Shown piece after piece: positions 1-7,251 of a DNA stretch of 38,665 nt. Source of the stretch: a virus (taxonomy: Duplodnaviria; Caudoviricetes); the IMG/VR virus record IMGVR_UViG_3300034084_000027, positions 1-38,665 of that record. The stretch is one strand, 5' to 3'. Each line of letters begins with the position of its first letter. Position 1 is the stretch's first letter. The notes under the pieces are model-generated. The model was not told where the DNA came from. It saw nothing but the letters and a program-made list of their open reading frames with translations, and did no database searches. The position numbers and the translations under genes are program-made.

Positions 1-127
1 GGGGACAGCTCGGCATCATCGGCCACCGGGTACAGCTCGGCATCATCGGCCACCGGGTACAGCTCGGCATCATCGGCCACCGGGTACAGATCGGCATCAT
101 CGGCCACCGGGTACAGCTCGGCATCAT
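1..127. repeat. Terminal direct repeat (copy 1), probably circular-assembly overlap
   Basis: 1-127 is identical to 38539-38665. 127 nt is a common assembler k-mer length, and the reading frame continues across the join. Confidence 0.9.
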
Positions 128-234
128 CGGCCACCGGGTACAGATCGGCATCATCGGCCACCGGGTACAGCTCGGCATCATCGGCCACAGGGGACAGATC
201 GGCATCATCGGCCACCGGGGACAGATCGGCATCA
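1..234 (+). repeat. 27-nt coding tandem repeat GGG(T/G)ACAG(C/A)TCGGCATCATCGGCCAC(C/A)
   Basis: 8 full units plus a partial unit, encoding a 9-aa repeat. Confidence 0.95.
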
Positions 235-432
235 ATATGTACGGGCCTTGAATCAAAAGCAATGGCAGGAAAGTACGGATGTGTCGCTCTGGCGTGGTGG
301 AATAAAAAAGAAGATCGTTCGGAAATGCGGTGCGCTGAAACCGGATGCGGTGACGGGACAGACGGAAAATTGAAAGAAAAAATATGGTATGTCTTAGATG
401 ATAACGGGTGTTTTATTGAGGCTGGAGAATAA
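1..432 (+). CDS. C-terminal part of the S/A/T/G-repeat phage protein that starts at 38134 (DUF7666-like N-terminus)
   Basis: Frame 1 is open from base 1: (G[DY][SR]SASSAT)n, then GLESKAMAGKYGCVALAWW...DGKLKEKIWYVLDDNGCFIEAGE*, stop at 430-432. In frame with the 38134 ORF when circularised. Confidence 0.85.
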   Translation, partial: GDSSASSATGYSSASSATGYSSASSATGYRSASSATGYSSASSATGYRSASSATGYSSASSATGDRSASSATGDRSASICTGLESKAMAGKYGCVALAWWNKKEDRSEMRCAETGCGDGTDGKLKEKIWYVLDDNGCFIEAGE

Positions 433-599
433 TGAAGAAAAATCTATTCACCGACCAAGCAGCAAAGAAACGCCGCACCACTGAAGCCATTGCCGCCCTG
501 TTCCTGCTATTGTGGGCGGTGGTGATATTCGGCAACCTGTTCGAATGTGCGGATAAGACGGCGGAGATTCAGGGGGCACGGGTATGTCGGACAAGATGA
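432..599 (+). CDS. Small single-TM membrane protein (55 aa)
   Basis: MKKNLF...AIAALFLLLWAVVIFGNLF...; GGAG RBS; TAATG overlap upstream and ATGA overlap downstream. Confidence 0.65.
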   Translation: MKKNLFTDQAAKKRRTTEAIAALFLLLWAVVIFGNLFECADKTAEIQGARVCRTR

Positions 600-1192
600 A
601 ACGCTTGCCAATACTTGTCGGTTGCGAGGAAAGTGGAGTGGTTTGCTCTGCATTCCGTGACGCAGGATACGAAGCGTATTCCTGCGATTTGCAACCAACA
701 CGCGGAAATCCTGCTTGGCACTTTCAGCAGGACATTATGGCAGTGATACCGACGCGGAAATGGGGGCTAATTATTCTCCACCCAGACTGTACGGCAATGG
801 CGGTTAGCGGTAACAGATGGTACGGGCGCGGGATGCCCCTGCATTACAAGCGACTTCATGCCATAGGCTGGACAATAGGGTTATGGAAGCTGGCTAAAGA
901 ATACGGTGAACGGGTTGCGTTAGAAAATCCAATAAGTGTAATTTTCTCCTATGTTGAAAACGTGTTTTATCTGCAACCATATGATTACGGGCACGGAGAA
1001 ACCAAAAAAACAGGGTTTGCTTTGCATAATTTGGCCCCGCTTACGCCTACAAAAAAAGTTTTGGGGCGAGAACAAAGAATATGGAAGATGGGGCCATCAC
1101 CGACAAGAAAGCGCGACAGGAGCGTTACTTTTTACGGGGTGGCACAAGCTATGGCCCAGCAATGGGGAAAAGAATGCGCTCTGATAAAATAA
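596..1192 (+). CDS. Minimal DNA cytosine-5 methyltransferase-like protein (phage family)
   Basis: ILVGCEESG...AYSCDL (SAM-binding region), HPDCT (catalytic PC-like), ENP, K-T motif, C-terminal RSVTFYGVAQAMAQQWG. Alternative start at 584. Confidence 0.75.
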   Translation: MKRLPILVGCEESGVVCSAFRDAGYEAYSCDLQPTRGNPAWHFQQDIMAVIPTRKWGLIILHPDCTAMAVSGNRWYGRGMPLHYKRLHAIGWTIGLWKLAKEYGERVALENPISVIFSYVENVFYLQPYDYGHGETKKTGFALHNLAPLTPTKKVLGREQRIWKMGPSPTRKRDRSVTFYGVAQAMAQQWGKECALIK

Positions 1193-1335
1193 TCATATCC
1201 ATCCTAGCAACAACCATACTAGCCGGGGCCATGCTATACCACCACCTACACCAGACATATAACCCTGCCATAATTGGCTATTGGCAGATGCACCAGGTGA
1301 CGATGCAACTTTATTATGTGGAGAGGGAAAAATGA
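1174..1335 (+). CDS. Small membrane/secreted hypothetical protein
   Basis: MRSDKIIISILATTILAGAMLY... has a hydrophobic N-terminus and an ATGA overlap with the next gene. Confidence 0.5.
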   Translation: MRSDKIIISILATTILAGAMLYHHLHQTYNPAIIGYWQMHQVTMQLYYVEREK

Positions 1336-1646
1336 CAAATGAAGAGTTTGTGTTATTGGCTACGATCAGGCAAAAGTGCGAGAACGATCCTTCTTTTATT
1401 GCCCACATCGTAAACGCCTTTACTTCCGGGGTGGTTGAGGCAGAGTTAAAAATGCGCAGACAGGCAGCTGATATGGAAACGGCCTTCAGCGCCATGTGCT
1501 TTCTGGTTGGGCAGAGCAGGGTAAGCCCGCAGCTCAAGAAACAAATGTCAGAACTGGCTTTATCGAAGCTGCAAAAATACGAGGGAAAGAGCTTTCTCCG
1601 GTGGGACGATAGGATTCAAAAAGATATTGATTCCAGCGAAAAATAA
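1332..1646 (+). CDS. Hypothetical protein
   Basis: GAGGG RBS and ATGA coupling; helical 104-aa ORF. Confidence 0.65.
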   Translation: MTNEEFVLLATIRQKCENDPSFIAHIVNAFTSGVVEAELKMRRQAADMETAFSAMCFLVGQSRVSPQLKKQMSELALSKLQKYEGKSFLRWDDRIQKDIDSSEK

Positions 1647-1659
1647 TACAACAAATAGT

Positions 1660-1689
1660 TTGACAAAAGGTTTTAATCTCTGGTATATA
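1660..1689 (+). promoter_or_regulatory. Putative sigma70 promoter
   Basis: TTGACA (1660-1665), then TG-G-TATATA (1681-1689), in an AT-rich intergenic gap. The -10 is imperfect. Confidence 0.5.
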
Positions 1690-1753
1690 TTAGACAACAG
1701 GGCAGCACGACGCAGCCCAATAATCCGGGCATAGTCAGCAGGAGGACACGACG

Positions 1754-1975
1754 ATGGCAGAACTAACCTGCGTAGAATGCGGCCACACGGCATACGATTA
1801 CGACGAGCAATGGTACAGCACCATCATCGGCCCGGTTTGCCGTGAATGTAACGGGACGCATATCCCGTTCGATCCAAACGAAGAAGAGGACATGGGCCGG
1901 AGCAGGCGTGAAATGGTGCGCGGGCAAAACGCCATTGATGATTTTGAGTATTCAAATCTTTATGGGGATGGGTAA
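1754..1975 (+). CDS. Small zinc-ribbon protein
   Basis: CVEC...CREC motifs; strong AGGAGG RBS. Confidence 0.7.
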   Translation: MAELTCVECGHTAYDYDEQWYSTIIGPVCRECNGTHIPFDPNEEEDMGRSRREMVRGQNAIDDFEYSNLYGDG

Positions 1976-2193
1976 TGGTTACAATGGAAATGGAAGATAT
2001 CGAAGTCAAGCCGGTTTCCCGCCGTGGCCTGATGATGCTGGAAGTAAGCGCACGCATGAACGAATCGCAGATGCACGAAGCTGTGGAGGCGTTTAAGGAG
2101 TATATCACGGGCGAAACGTGGGGCAGGTGGCTGGAAGAGTGGAATAAAGAGGCCAAGGAAGAGAAAGAGGAACGGCAGTATGAGTTTGAGTAG
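1975..2193 (+). CDS. Small acidic hypothetical protein
   Basis: Glu-rich 72-aa ORF coupled by TAATG. Confidence 0.65.
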   Translation: MVTMEMEDIEVKPVSRRGLMMLEVSARMNESQMHEAVEAFKEYITGETWGRWLEEWNKEAKEEKEERQYEFE

Positions 2194-2223
2194 CGGATAA
2201 ACGCAGAGAACAGAATAAAAAAC

Positions 2224-2251
2224 TTGCATTCACTGGCAAAATCTGTAGAAT
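2224..2251 (+). promoter_or_regulatory. Putative sigma70 promoter
   Basis: TTGCAT-N16-TAGAAT preceded by an A-rich UP-like tract. Confidence 0.5.
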
Positions 2252-2268
2252 AAAAGGAGGCAAGCACC

Positions 2269-2682
2269 ATGCTTGACCAGCGGCCGACCAGCCACAAACA
2301 AAGAAAATACAGTTACCCCGGCAGTTTTCATCACCTTCCTATTGAGTCTGGTCGGCCCAAAGGTTTTCATGGTGAATTCTGCTCGGGGTATTTTTTTCAG
2401 CTTTTTCTATCCCCGCCCGTCTTCCGCAACCGGCCAAAGAAAACCTGCGCAGCGATGTGTGCGGGAAGATCGAACACGGCGGATGACCCGTCCGTCCGAA
2501 AGGGATATACAGGGACAGCCAATCGTAAGGTTGGACATGCACAGTTTGACGGCGACCACGGCCAAAGTAAAACGGTGGGGCAGCGCGGATCGGGCACCGC
2601 GATAACAAAGAGCTTCCCTGGTAAACCGTGTTTGCGCCAAGTTGGTTTTGGTTTGGCTTTGACCCTGACAGCCAATCTCTGA
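2269..2682 (+). CDS. Possible leader ORF overlapping structured RNA
   Basis: Perfect AAGGAGG RBS 8 nt upstream. The product has no recognisable motif and the DNA is dominated by RNA stems. Confidence 0.3.
   Translation: MLDQRPTSHKQRKYSYPGSFHHLPIESGRPKGFHGEFCSGYFFQLFLSPPVFRNRPKKTCAAMCAGRSNTADDPSVRKGYTGTANRKVGHAQFDGDHGQSKTVGQRGSGTAITKSFPGKPCLRQVGFGLALTLTANL
2314..2397 (+). terminator. Long imperfect hairpin plus T7 tract (attenuator-like terminator)
   Basis: TACCCCG-GCAG (2314-2324) pairs with CTGC-t-CGGGGTA (2379-2390); TTCATCA pairs with TGGTGAA; TTTTTTT follows. Confidence 0.6.
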
Positions 2683-2712
2683 TGTATGGTGCAGAGAAGA
2701 ACGGGGAGGGGA
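2410..2712 (+). ncRNA. Candidate ~300-nt multi-stem structured RNA of unknown class
   Basis: About ten nested or local stems, GAAA and GTAA (GNRA) tetraloops, and G-U pairs favouring the + strand (see findings). Confidence 0.55.
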
Positions 2713-2767
2713 GGACTTCGCCCTGGAGAAAACCAGGATTTTCAACATAACCACTGGAGAAATAGAC

Positions 2768-3379
2768 ATGACGGAAACATCGGCAGGAAGCACACTGAGC
2801 AAAATACAGAACGCACTGAAAGCCCCGAAAGGCCAACGGAACGATTTCGGTAAATACAACTACCGTAGCATGTCCGACATTAACGAGGCGGCAAAACCTA
2901 TCCTTGCAGAATTGGGCATTGCGCTGATTGTAAGCGACGAACTTGTGCTAATAGGGGAAAGATATTACGTCAAGGCGACTGCCTCACTGGTGGCCCCTAG
3001 CGGCTCTATTTTGGCATCTTCTGTTGGCTATGCCCGTGAAGAGGAAACGAAGAAGGGAATGGATGCTTCGCAGATCACCGGCAGCTGCTCCAGTTACGCC
3101 CGGAAATATGCGGCAAACGGCCTTTTTGCAATCGACGATACCAAGGATGCAGACACCACAAACACCCACGGCAAAGAGGAAACAAAGAAACCAGCCGCCG
3201 ACGAAATCTGTGCCGAGTTATGCGCAGAAATGGAAGACGCGGAAAATTTGATCGCTCTGGAAGCCTGGGCAGCATCAAGCAAGCCCCAGATCGACGCACT
3301 GCCTGAAATCCAGAAAAACAAGGTGCGCGGGTATTATCGCCAGGTTGAGCAAATGCTTAAAGAGAAAGCTGGCAAGTAA
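2768..3379 (+). CDS. erf: ERF-family single-strand annealing protein
   Basis: KAPKGQRNDFGKYNYRS...YAREEETKKGMDASQITGSCSSYARKYAANGLFAIDDTKDAD is the ERF signature. Confidence 0.92.
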   Translation: MTETSAGSTLSKIQNALKAPKGQRNDFGKYNYRSMSDINEAAKPILAELGIALIVSDELVLIGERYYVKATASLVAPSGSILASSVGYAREEETKKGMDASQITGSCSSYARKYAANGLFAIDDTKDADTTNTHGKEETKKPAADEICAELCAEMEDAENLIALEAWAASSKPQIDALPEIQKNKVRGYYRQVEQMLKEKAGK

Positions 3380-3404
3380 CCGCTAGGCTGGGGGGAGGTA
3401 AACC

Positions 3405-3575
3405 ATGGCAAACGACAAGCAACCATCCTTGTTTTCAACGTGGGACGATACCATCATTTGGGTTTTTTGCGGGTACTTATTGTCCCATGAAAGTGATATT
3501 GCTCACGGCATAAACGACTTCGGCAGACTGAGAAACCTTTTCTTTGCTGTTTTCAACAGAGAGCCAAGGCGATAA
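3405..3575 (+). CDS. Hypothetical protein (56 aa)
   Basis: GGAGGT RBS; MANDKQPSLFSTWDD...; fills the gap before the NinB-like gene. Confidence 0.5.
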   Translation: MANDKQPSLFSTWDDTIIWVFCGYLLSHESDIAHGINDFGRLRNLFFAVFNREPRR

Positions 3576-3576
3576 A

Positions 3577-3999
3577 ATGAAAGAATTTAAAATTAACAGC
3601 CTTGCCGAGCTTTCCCGCGCAATTACGGAAATAGACGCAGAATGGCACGAAGCACATTACCTTGAGATAACGATCAAGCGCAAGGCAAAACAGCGAACCT
3701 TGACGCAAAACAAAGCCCTGCACCTGTTCCTGAAGAAACTGGCCGAAGTCCTGAACGATGCAGGGTACGACATGCGCCGGACGTTGAAACATGACGCAGA
3801 GATACCATGGACAACTGAGAACGCGAAGGAGTTTTTATGGCGTCCGATTCAAAAAGCCTTGACGCAAAAGACCAGCACCACGGAAATAACAACCGTAGAG
3901 CCGACGCAGATACACGATGTATTATGCAGGCACCTGGGCAGCAAACTTGGGGTTGTATGCCCACCATGGCCAAAGAAGAATAAGAAGGAGGACAAGTAA
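3577..3999 (+). CDS. NinB/Orf-like recombination accessory protein
   Basis: RTLTQNKALHLFLKKLAEVLNDAG...W..ENAKEFLWRP...STTEIT...G..CPPWP pattern; adjacent to ERF. Confidence 0.7.
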   Translation: MKEFKINSLAELSRAITEIDAEWHEAHYLEITIKRKAKQRTLTQNKALHLFLKKLAEVLNDAGYDMRRTLKHDAEIPWTTENAKEFLWRPIQKALTQKTSTTEITTVEPTQIHDVLCRHLGSKLGVVCPPWPKKNKKEDK

Positions 4000-4175
4000 T
4001 GGCTGACATAACGCTATGTGCAAACGCAAAAGACGGCTGCAAGTGGAAAGAAAAGTGCTACAGATTCACGGCTAAACCATCTGACCAACAATCATACGCT
4101 AACTTTTACAAAGAGGGAACGCATTGCATGGAGTTTTTTATGCGTGGCTTTGGGAGAGAAAATGAGCGAGCCTAA
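3999..4175 (+). CDS. Small Cys-containing phage protein (58 aa)
   Basis: MADITLC...CKWKEKCYRFTAKPSDQQSY; AGGAGG RBS; TAATG overlap. Confidence 0.65.
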   Translation: MADITLCANAKDGCKWKEKCYRFTAKPSDQQSYANFYKEGTHCMEFFMRGFGRENERA

Positions 4176-4443
4176 AAACCTACCATACCGAAACGCGAAA
4201 TACATAAAATGGATCAAAACGCAATCCTGCATTCATTGCACCGGGGATGGAGGCGATCCGCACCACCTAATCGGGGTCGGCAACATGGGCGGGATGGGAA
4301 CCACGGCACCAGACTCGATGGCTATGCCGATGTGTAGAGAGTGCCACGGCATGTTTCACCTTCATTCGGAGTTGTGGCCGCAGCAATGGGAATATATAGC
4401 GAGAACGCTTGACCGGGCTTTGCGTGATGGGGTGTTAAAATGA
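4162..4443 (+). CDS. DUF968-like HNH/zinc-finger protein
   Basis: YIKWIKTQSCIHC...DPHHLIG..GGMGT.APD...PMCRECH. Confidence 0.8.
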   Translation: MSEPKNLPYRNAKYIKWIKTQSCIHCTGDGGDPHHLIGVGNMGGMGTTAPDSMAMPMCRECHGMFHLHSELWPQQWEYIARTLDRALRDGVLK

Positions 4444-4525
4444 CCACCTGGCAACTCGCAGCAATGGCAATTATAATCCTACTTCTGGCCGCTAATTTGC
4501 TGGCAATTTATACGGTGGCATACCA

Positions 4526-4744
4526 ATGACTTGCGCCGGAATTAGATTTAGGGCGGACATATCAACGCGCACAACTAAGCGGGGCATTCAGCGACTTGTC
4601 CATTTGCGGCTACTGAAGCGCAGATCATGCCCAGGTTGCCCAGAGTGCCAACAGGTGCTTGCCTGGGCGAATCAAGGCGCATTCGTGCATCGGTTCAATG
4701 AGGTTGAGCATGGTCGGGTGTGCCGGCTAGGGGTGGAGCCATGA
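4526..4744 (+). CDS. Hypothetical protein with CxxCxxC motif
   Basis: LLKRRSCPGCPEC; ATGA coupling at both ends. Confidence 0.6.
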   Translation: MTCAGIRFRADISTRTTKRGIQRLVHLRLLKRRSCPGCPECQQVLAWANQGAFVHRFNEVEHGRVCRLGVEP

Positions 4745-4887
4745 AGAAAGAAACAAGACGAGTATATTACAAGTTGATGGTGGACGGGAAGTTGATGGAT
4801 GTTTTTAGGGACAACGACCACAAATATCACCACATCATCCATCTTTGTGGGGTGAATATCGAACCAGCGCAAAAAAAAGGAATATGA
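4741..4887 (+). CDS. Hypothetical protein (48 aa)
   Basis: MKKETRRVYYKLMVDGKLMDVF...; RBS and ATGA overlap. Confidence 0.5.
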   Translation: MKKETRRVYYKLMVDGKLMDVFRDNDHKYHHIIHLCGVNIEPAQKKGI

Positions 4888-5041
4888 GCAATTTCACAAG
4901 AAGAAGTCAACAACGAAAACCGAGAAAACCCAGATGAAACTATTTTAAACACCACTGGCAGTGCTGATGCGTCAAGCGCACTCCTTCACTTTCCCGCGCC
5001 GTGGGCACCACACGAAATCAGCACAGGTGCTAAGTTTTTGT

Positions 5042-5070
5042 TTGCAAAACTGAATATATTGTGGGATAGT
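5042..5070 (+). promoter_or_regulatory. Putative promoter for the replication operon
   Basis: TTGCAA-N17-GATAGT with an extended -10 TG. Confidence 0.4.
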
Positions 5071-5142
5071 GAAATATCGGCTGGCTTTCACACCCATACC
5101 GATGCAAAATTAACGATGGAGCCGAAGTGAATCTAATCCCCT

Positions 5143-5262
5143 TTAAATTTGTGGCACAACCAACCAGCATCGAGCAACTTTCGCGGGGTTGCGGTCTTGC
5201 GTCTTCCATCGTTGGCGCAAAATCAGTGAAGCGGTGCTTGGTTGGTTGTTCCGTGCATTTAA
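5143..5262 (+). ncRNA. Cloverleaf-like RNA resembling C4/CI-type antisense regulators
   Basis: Closing stem 5156-5172/5232-5249; arms GCAACTTT/GGGGTTGC and TTGCGTC/GGCGCAA; loop 5205-5213 is complementary to 5112-5120. Confidence 0.5.
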
Positions 5263-5266
5263 GCCG

Positions 5267-5602
5267 ATGAGCATATCAAAAGCATTGGCAGACGCTAGAC
5301 TTTCTCCTTTCGATAAGGTCGTTTTTGTCTACCTAATAAGAACGGCAGGAATAAAGAAAGAATGCTGGCCTAGCTATGAAACCATTATGAAGTGCTGCTC
5401 TATAACAAGCAGAAATGCACTGTGCAGATCAGTTAAGAAAATGGACAAGTTGGGGTATTTCGTTTTGTGCAAGAAATCGACAGGCAAAAAAAGGCATAAT
5501 CTGTATAGGTTTGCGAATATATCCGCAGAGTATTTGCAAAATGAGTTTTTAGCGGTTGAAAATGAGTTTTGCAAATACGGTGAAGAGTTACTCGCAAAAT
5601 AA
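5267..5602 (+). CDS. Winged-helix (HTH_36-like) putative replication initiator
   Basis: LSPFDKVVFVYL...CWPSYETI...SRNALCRSVKKMDKLGY...NLYR; directly upstream of helicase and primase. Alternative TTG start at 5189. Confidence 0.75.
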   Translation: MSISKALADARLSPFDKVVFVYLIRTAGIKKECWPSYETIMKCCSITSRNALCRSVKKMDKLGYFVLCKKSTGKKRHNLYRFANISAEYLQNEFLAVENEFCKYGEELLAK

Positions 5603-5650
5603 GTTTGCAAGTACGCTCACGGTATACGGTAATATATTATATATATAAAG
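5510..5650. other. Putative replication origin (iteron-like repeats plus AT-rich unwinding element)
   Basis: TTTGCAA at 5533, 5568 and 5604; AAAAT(G/A)AGTTT at 5538, 5559 and 5596; then TAATATATTATATATATAAAG (5630-5650). Confidence 0.6.
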
Positions 5651-5733
5651 GGCTTTTTGTTTGAACGAAAAAACGCACGCCAGAGTATAACTTTGAAGTT
5701 GTCTTTTGGCATGAGAAAAATAACGGTGGGATT

Positions 5734-7251
5734 ATGGAACTTCGAGATTATCAAATACGGGCCGTCGAAGAAGTAAGGAAAACCATTGCGAGTGGTAACA
5801 AGCGTGTTGTTATGGTGCTTTCCACAGGCGGCGGCAAGTCACTTATTTTTGCAGAGATTATCCGGCTAGCAAAAGAGCGAGGAAACCGTTGCTTGTTTCT
5901 TGTCCACAGACGTAATCTCGTTATGCAAATGGCCGAGACAATTAGGCGGCACGTTGGCTGTTCTGTTGGCATGATAATGGCCGGGCATGAATCCGACACC
6001 AGCGAAGATGTGCAAGTGGGAACCATTCAAACATTTTCAAGACGATTGAACCTTGACGAATTGTCGGTAAATCGGTGGTTCTTCGATGCACAGGTTATTC
6101 TGGTCGATGAATGCCATACTGCGGTGAGCAAGCGCACAATGGACGTTCTGGAATTGTACCATAGCAAGGTGATAATTGGATGCACGGCAACACCAATGAG
6201 GGCAGACGGTAGAGGGTTGGGCGAGGCATTTGATTCGCTGGTTGATGTGGCCGGGGTGAAAGAGCTTACAGAAAACGGCTACCTTGCCACGGTTAGATAC
6301 TTTGCCCCGACAACCCCAGACCTTGAAAAGATAAAGATTGTTCGTGGAGATTATGAACTTTCAGAATTGAGCCACAGAATGAACACACCGAAACTGGTTG
6401 GCGATATTGTGGAAAACTGGACACGGATAGCCCCAGGACAAAAGAGCATAGTTTTTTGCGTCAACGTAAAGCATGCAATAGCCGTCTGTGAGGCGTTTAA
6501 CTCTTTCGGCATACCATCAGCCGTTCTAACTGCGAAATCGTCTGACGATGCACGGGAAAGCGTTTTTAGAGACATGGAAAATGGCAGGCTGTTGGTCATT
6601 TGCAATGTAGCCATGTACATCGAGGGAATGGATGTGCCAGATATAAGCTGCGTTGTTATGGCGAGGCCAACCAAGAGCCTTGGACTGTATAGGCAGGCGT
6701 GTGGGCGTGGCTTGCGGCCTTCACCGAGCAAGGAGTGCTTGACGGTAATTGACCACGGCGGGGTGATTGAGGAACACGGACTTTTGTGCGATGAAATAGA
6801 TTGGAGCCTGGACGGAAAAGAAAAGGCGTGGAAGAAAAAAAAGAAAAAGGAAACAGAGAAAAAGCCGTGTATCTGCCAAGTATGCTCACAGGTGTTCGAG
6901 GGCCGAGACACATGCCCAGATTGCGGAAGCCCGGTAAAGTCTTTTGGAAAGAAAATAGATGTGCTTGCCGCTGACTTGGAAGAGGTTGGATCGAAAAAGA
7001 AAGCGACAATGGCAGATAAACGCAGATTTTACGGCATGATGTTGTGGTATGTCAGGGAAAACAAAAAGAACCCGAAGATGGTAACGGCTAGGTATAAGTC
7101 AAAGTTTGGAGTGTGGCCCAGAGGGATGGATTTTGTTCAGGCGATACAACCAGACGCTGAATTTTTAGGAGGGATAAAGCATGAGCAAATCAAATACGCG
7201 CATAGACGCGACAAACAAATGGCCTGGAATATTCAACCAGCTAGGAATTGA
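5734..7251 (+). CDS. Superfamily 2 DEAD/DEAH-box helicase with C-terminal zinc finger
   Basis: LRDYQ, STGGGKS, DECH, TATP, EGMDVP, QACGRGLR, CQVC/CPDC. Confidence 0.93.
   Translation: MELRDYQIRAVEEVRKTIASGNKRVVMVLSTGGGKSLIFAEIIRLAKERGNRCLFLVHRRNLVMQMAETIRRHVGCSVGMIMAGHESDTSEDVQVGTIQTFSRRLNLDELSVNRWFFDAQVILVDECHTAVSKRTMDVLELYHSKVIIGCTATPMRADGRGLGEAFDSLVDVAGVKELTENGYLATVRYFAPTTPDLEKIKIVRGDYELSELSHRMNTPKLVGDIVENWTRIAPGQKSIVFCVNVKHAIAVCEAFNSFGIPSAVLTAKSSDDARESVFRDMENGRLLVICNVAMYIEGMDVPDISCVVMARPTKSLGLYRQACGRGLRPSPSKECLTVIDHGGVIEEHGLLCDEIDWSLDGKEKAWKKKKKKETEKKPCICQVCSQVFEGRDTCPDCGSPVKSFGKKIDVLAADLEEVGSKKKATMADKRRFYGMMLWYVRENKKNPKMVTARYKSKFGVWPRGMDFVQAIQPDAEFLGGIKHEQIKYAHRRDKQMAWNIQPARN

Noticed and set aside
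1-234. 27-nt repeats as a CRISPR array
   Set aside because: The units are contiguous with no unique spacers and encode an in-frame 9-aa repeat. No cas genes are present.
2269-2760. IS200/605 omega-RNA (HEARO), retron msr-msd or self-splicing intron
   Set aside because: There is no adjacent IscB/TnpB, RT or homing nuclease, no interrupted gene, and I could not find group I P7 or group II domain V consensus by eye.
4741-5130. TGA read-through or recoding at 4885-4887 (about 80 open codons follow in frame)
   Set aside because: The TGA stop is used normally throughout the genome, the extension shows no protein-like motif, and it overlaps hairpins and a promoter.
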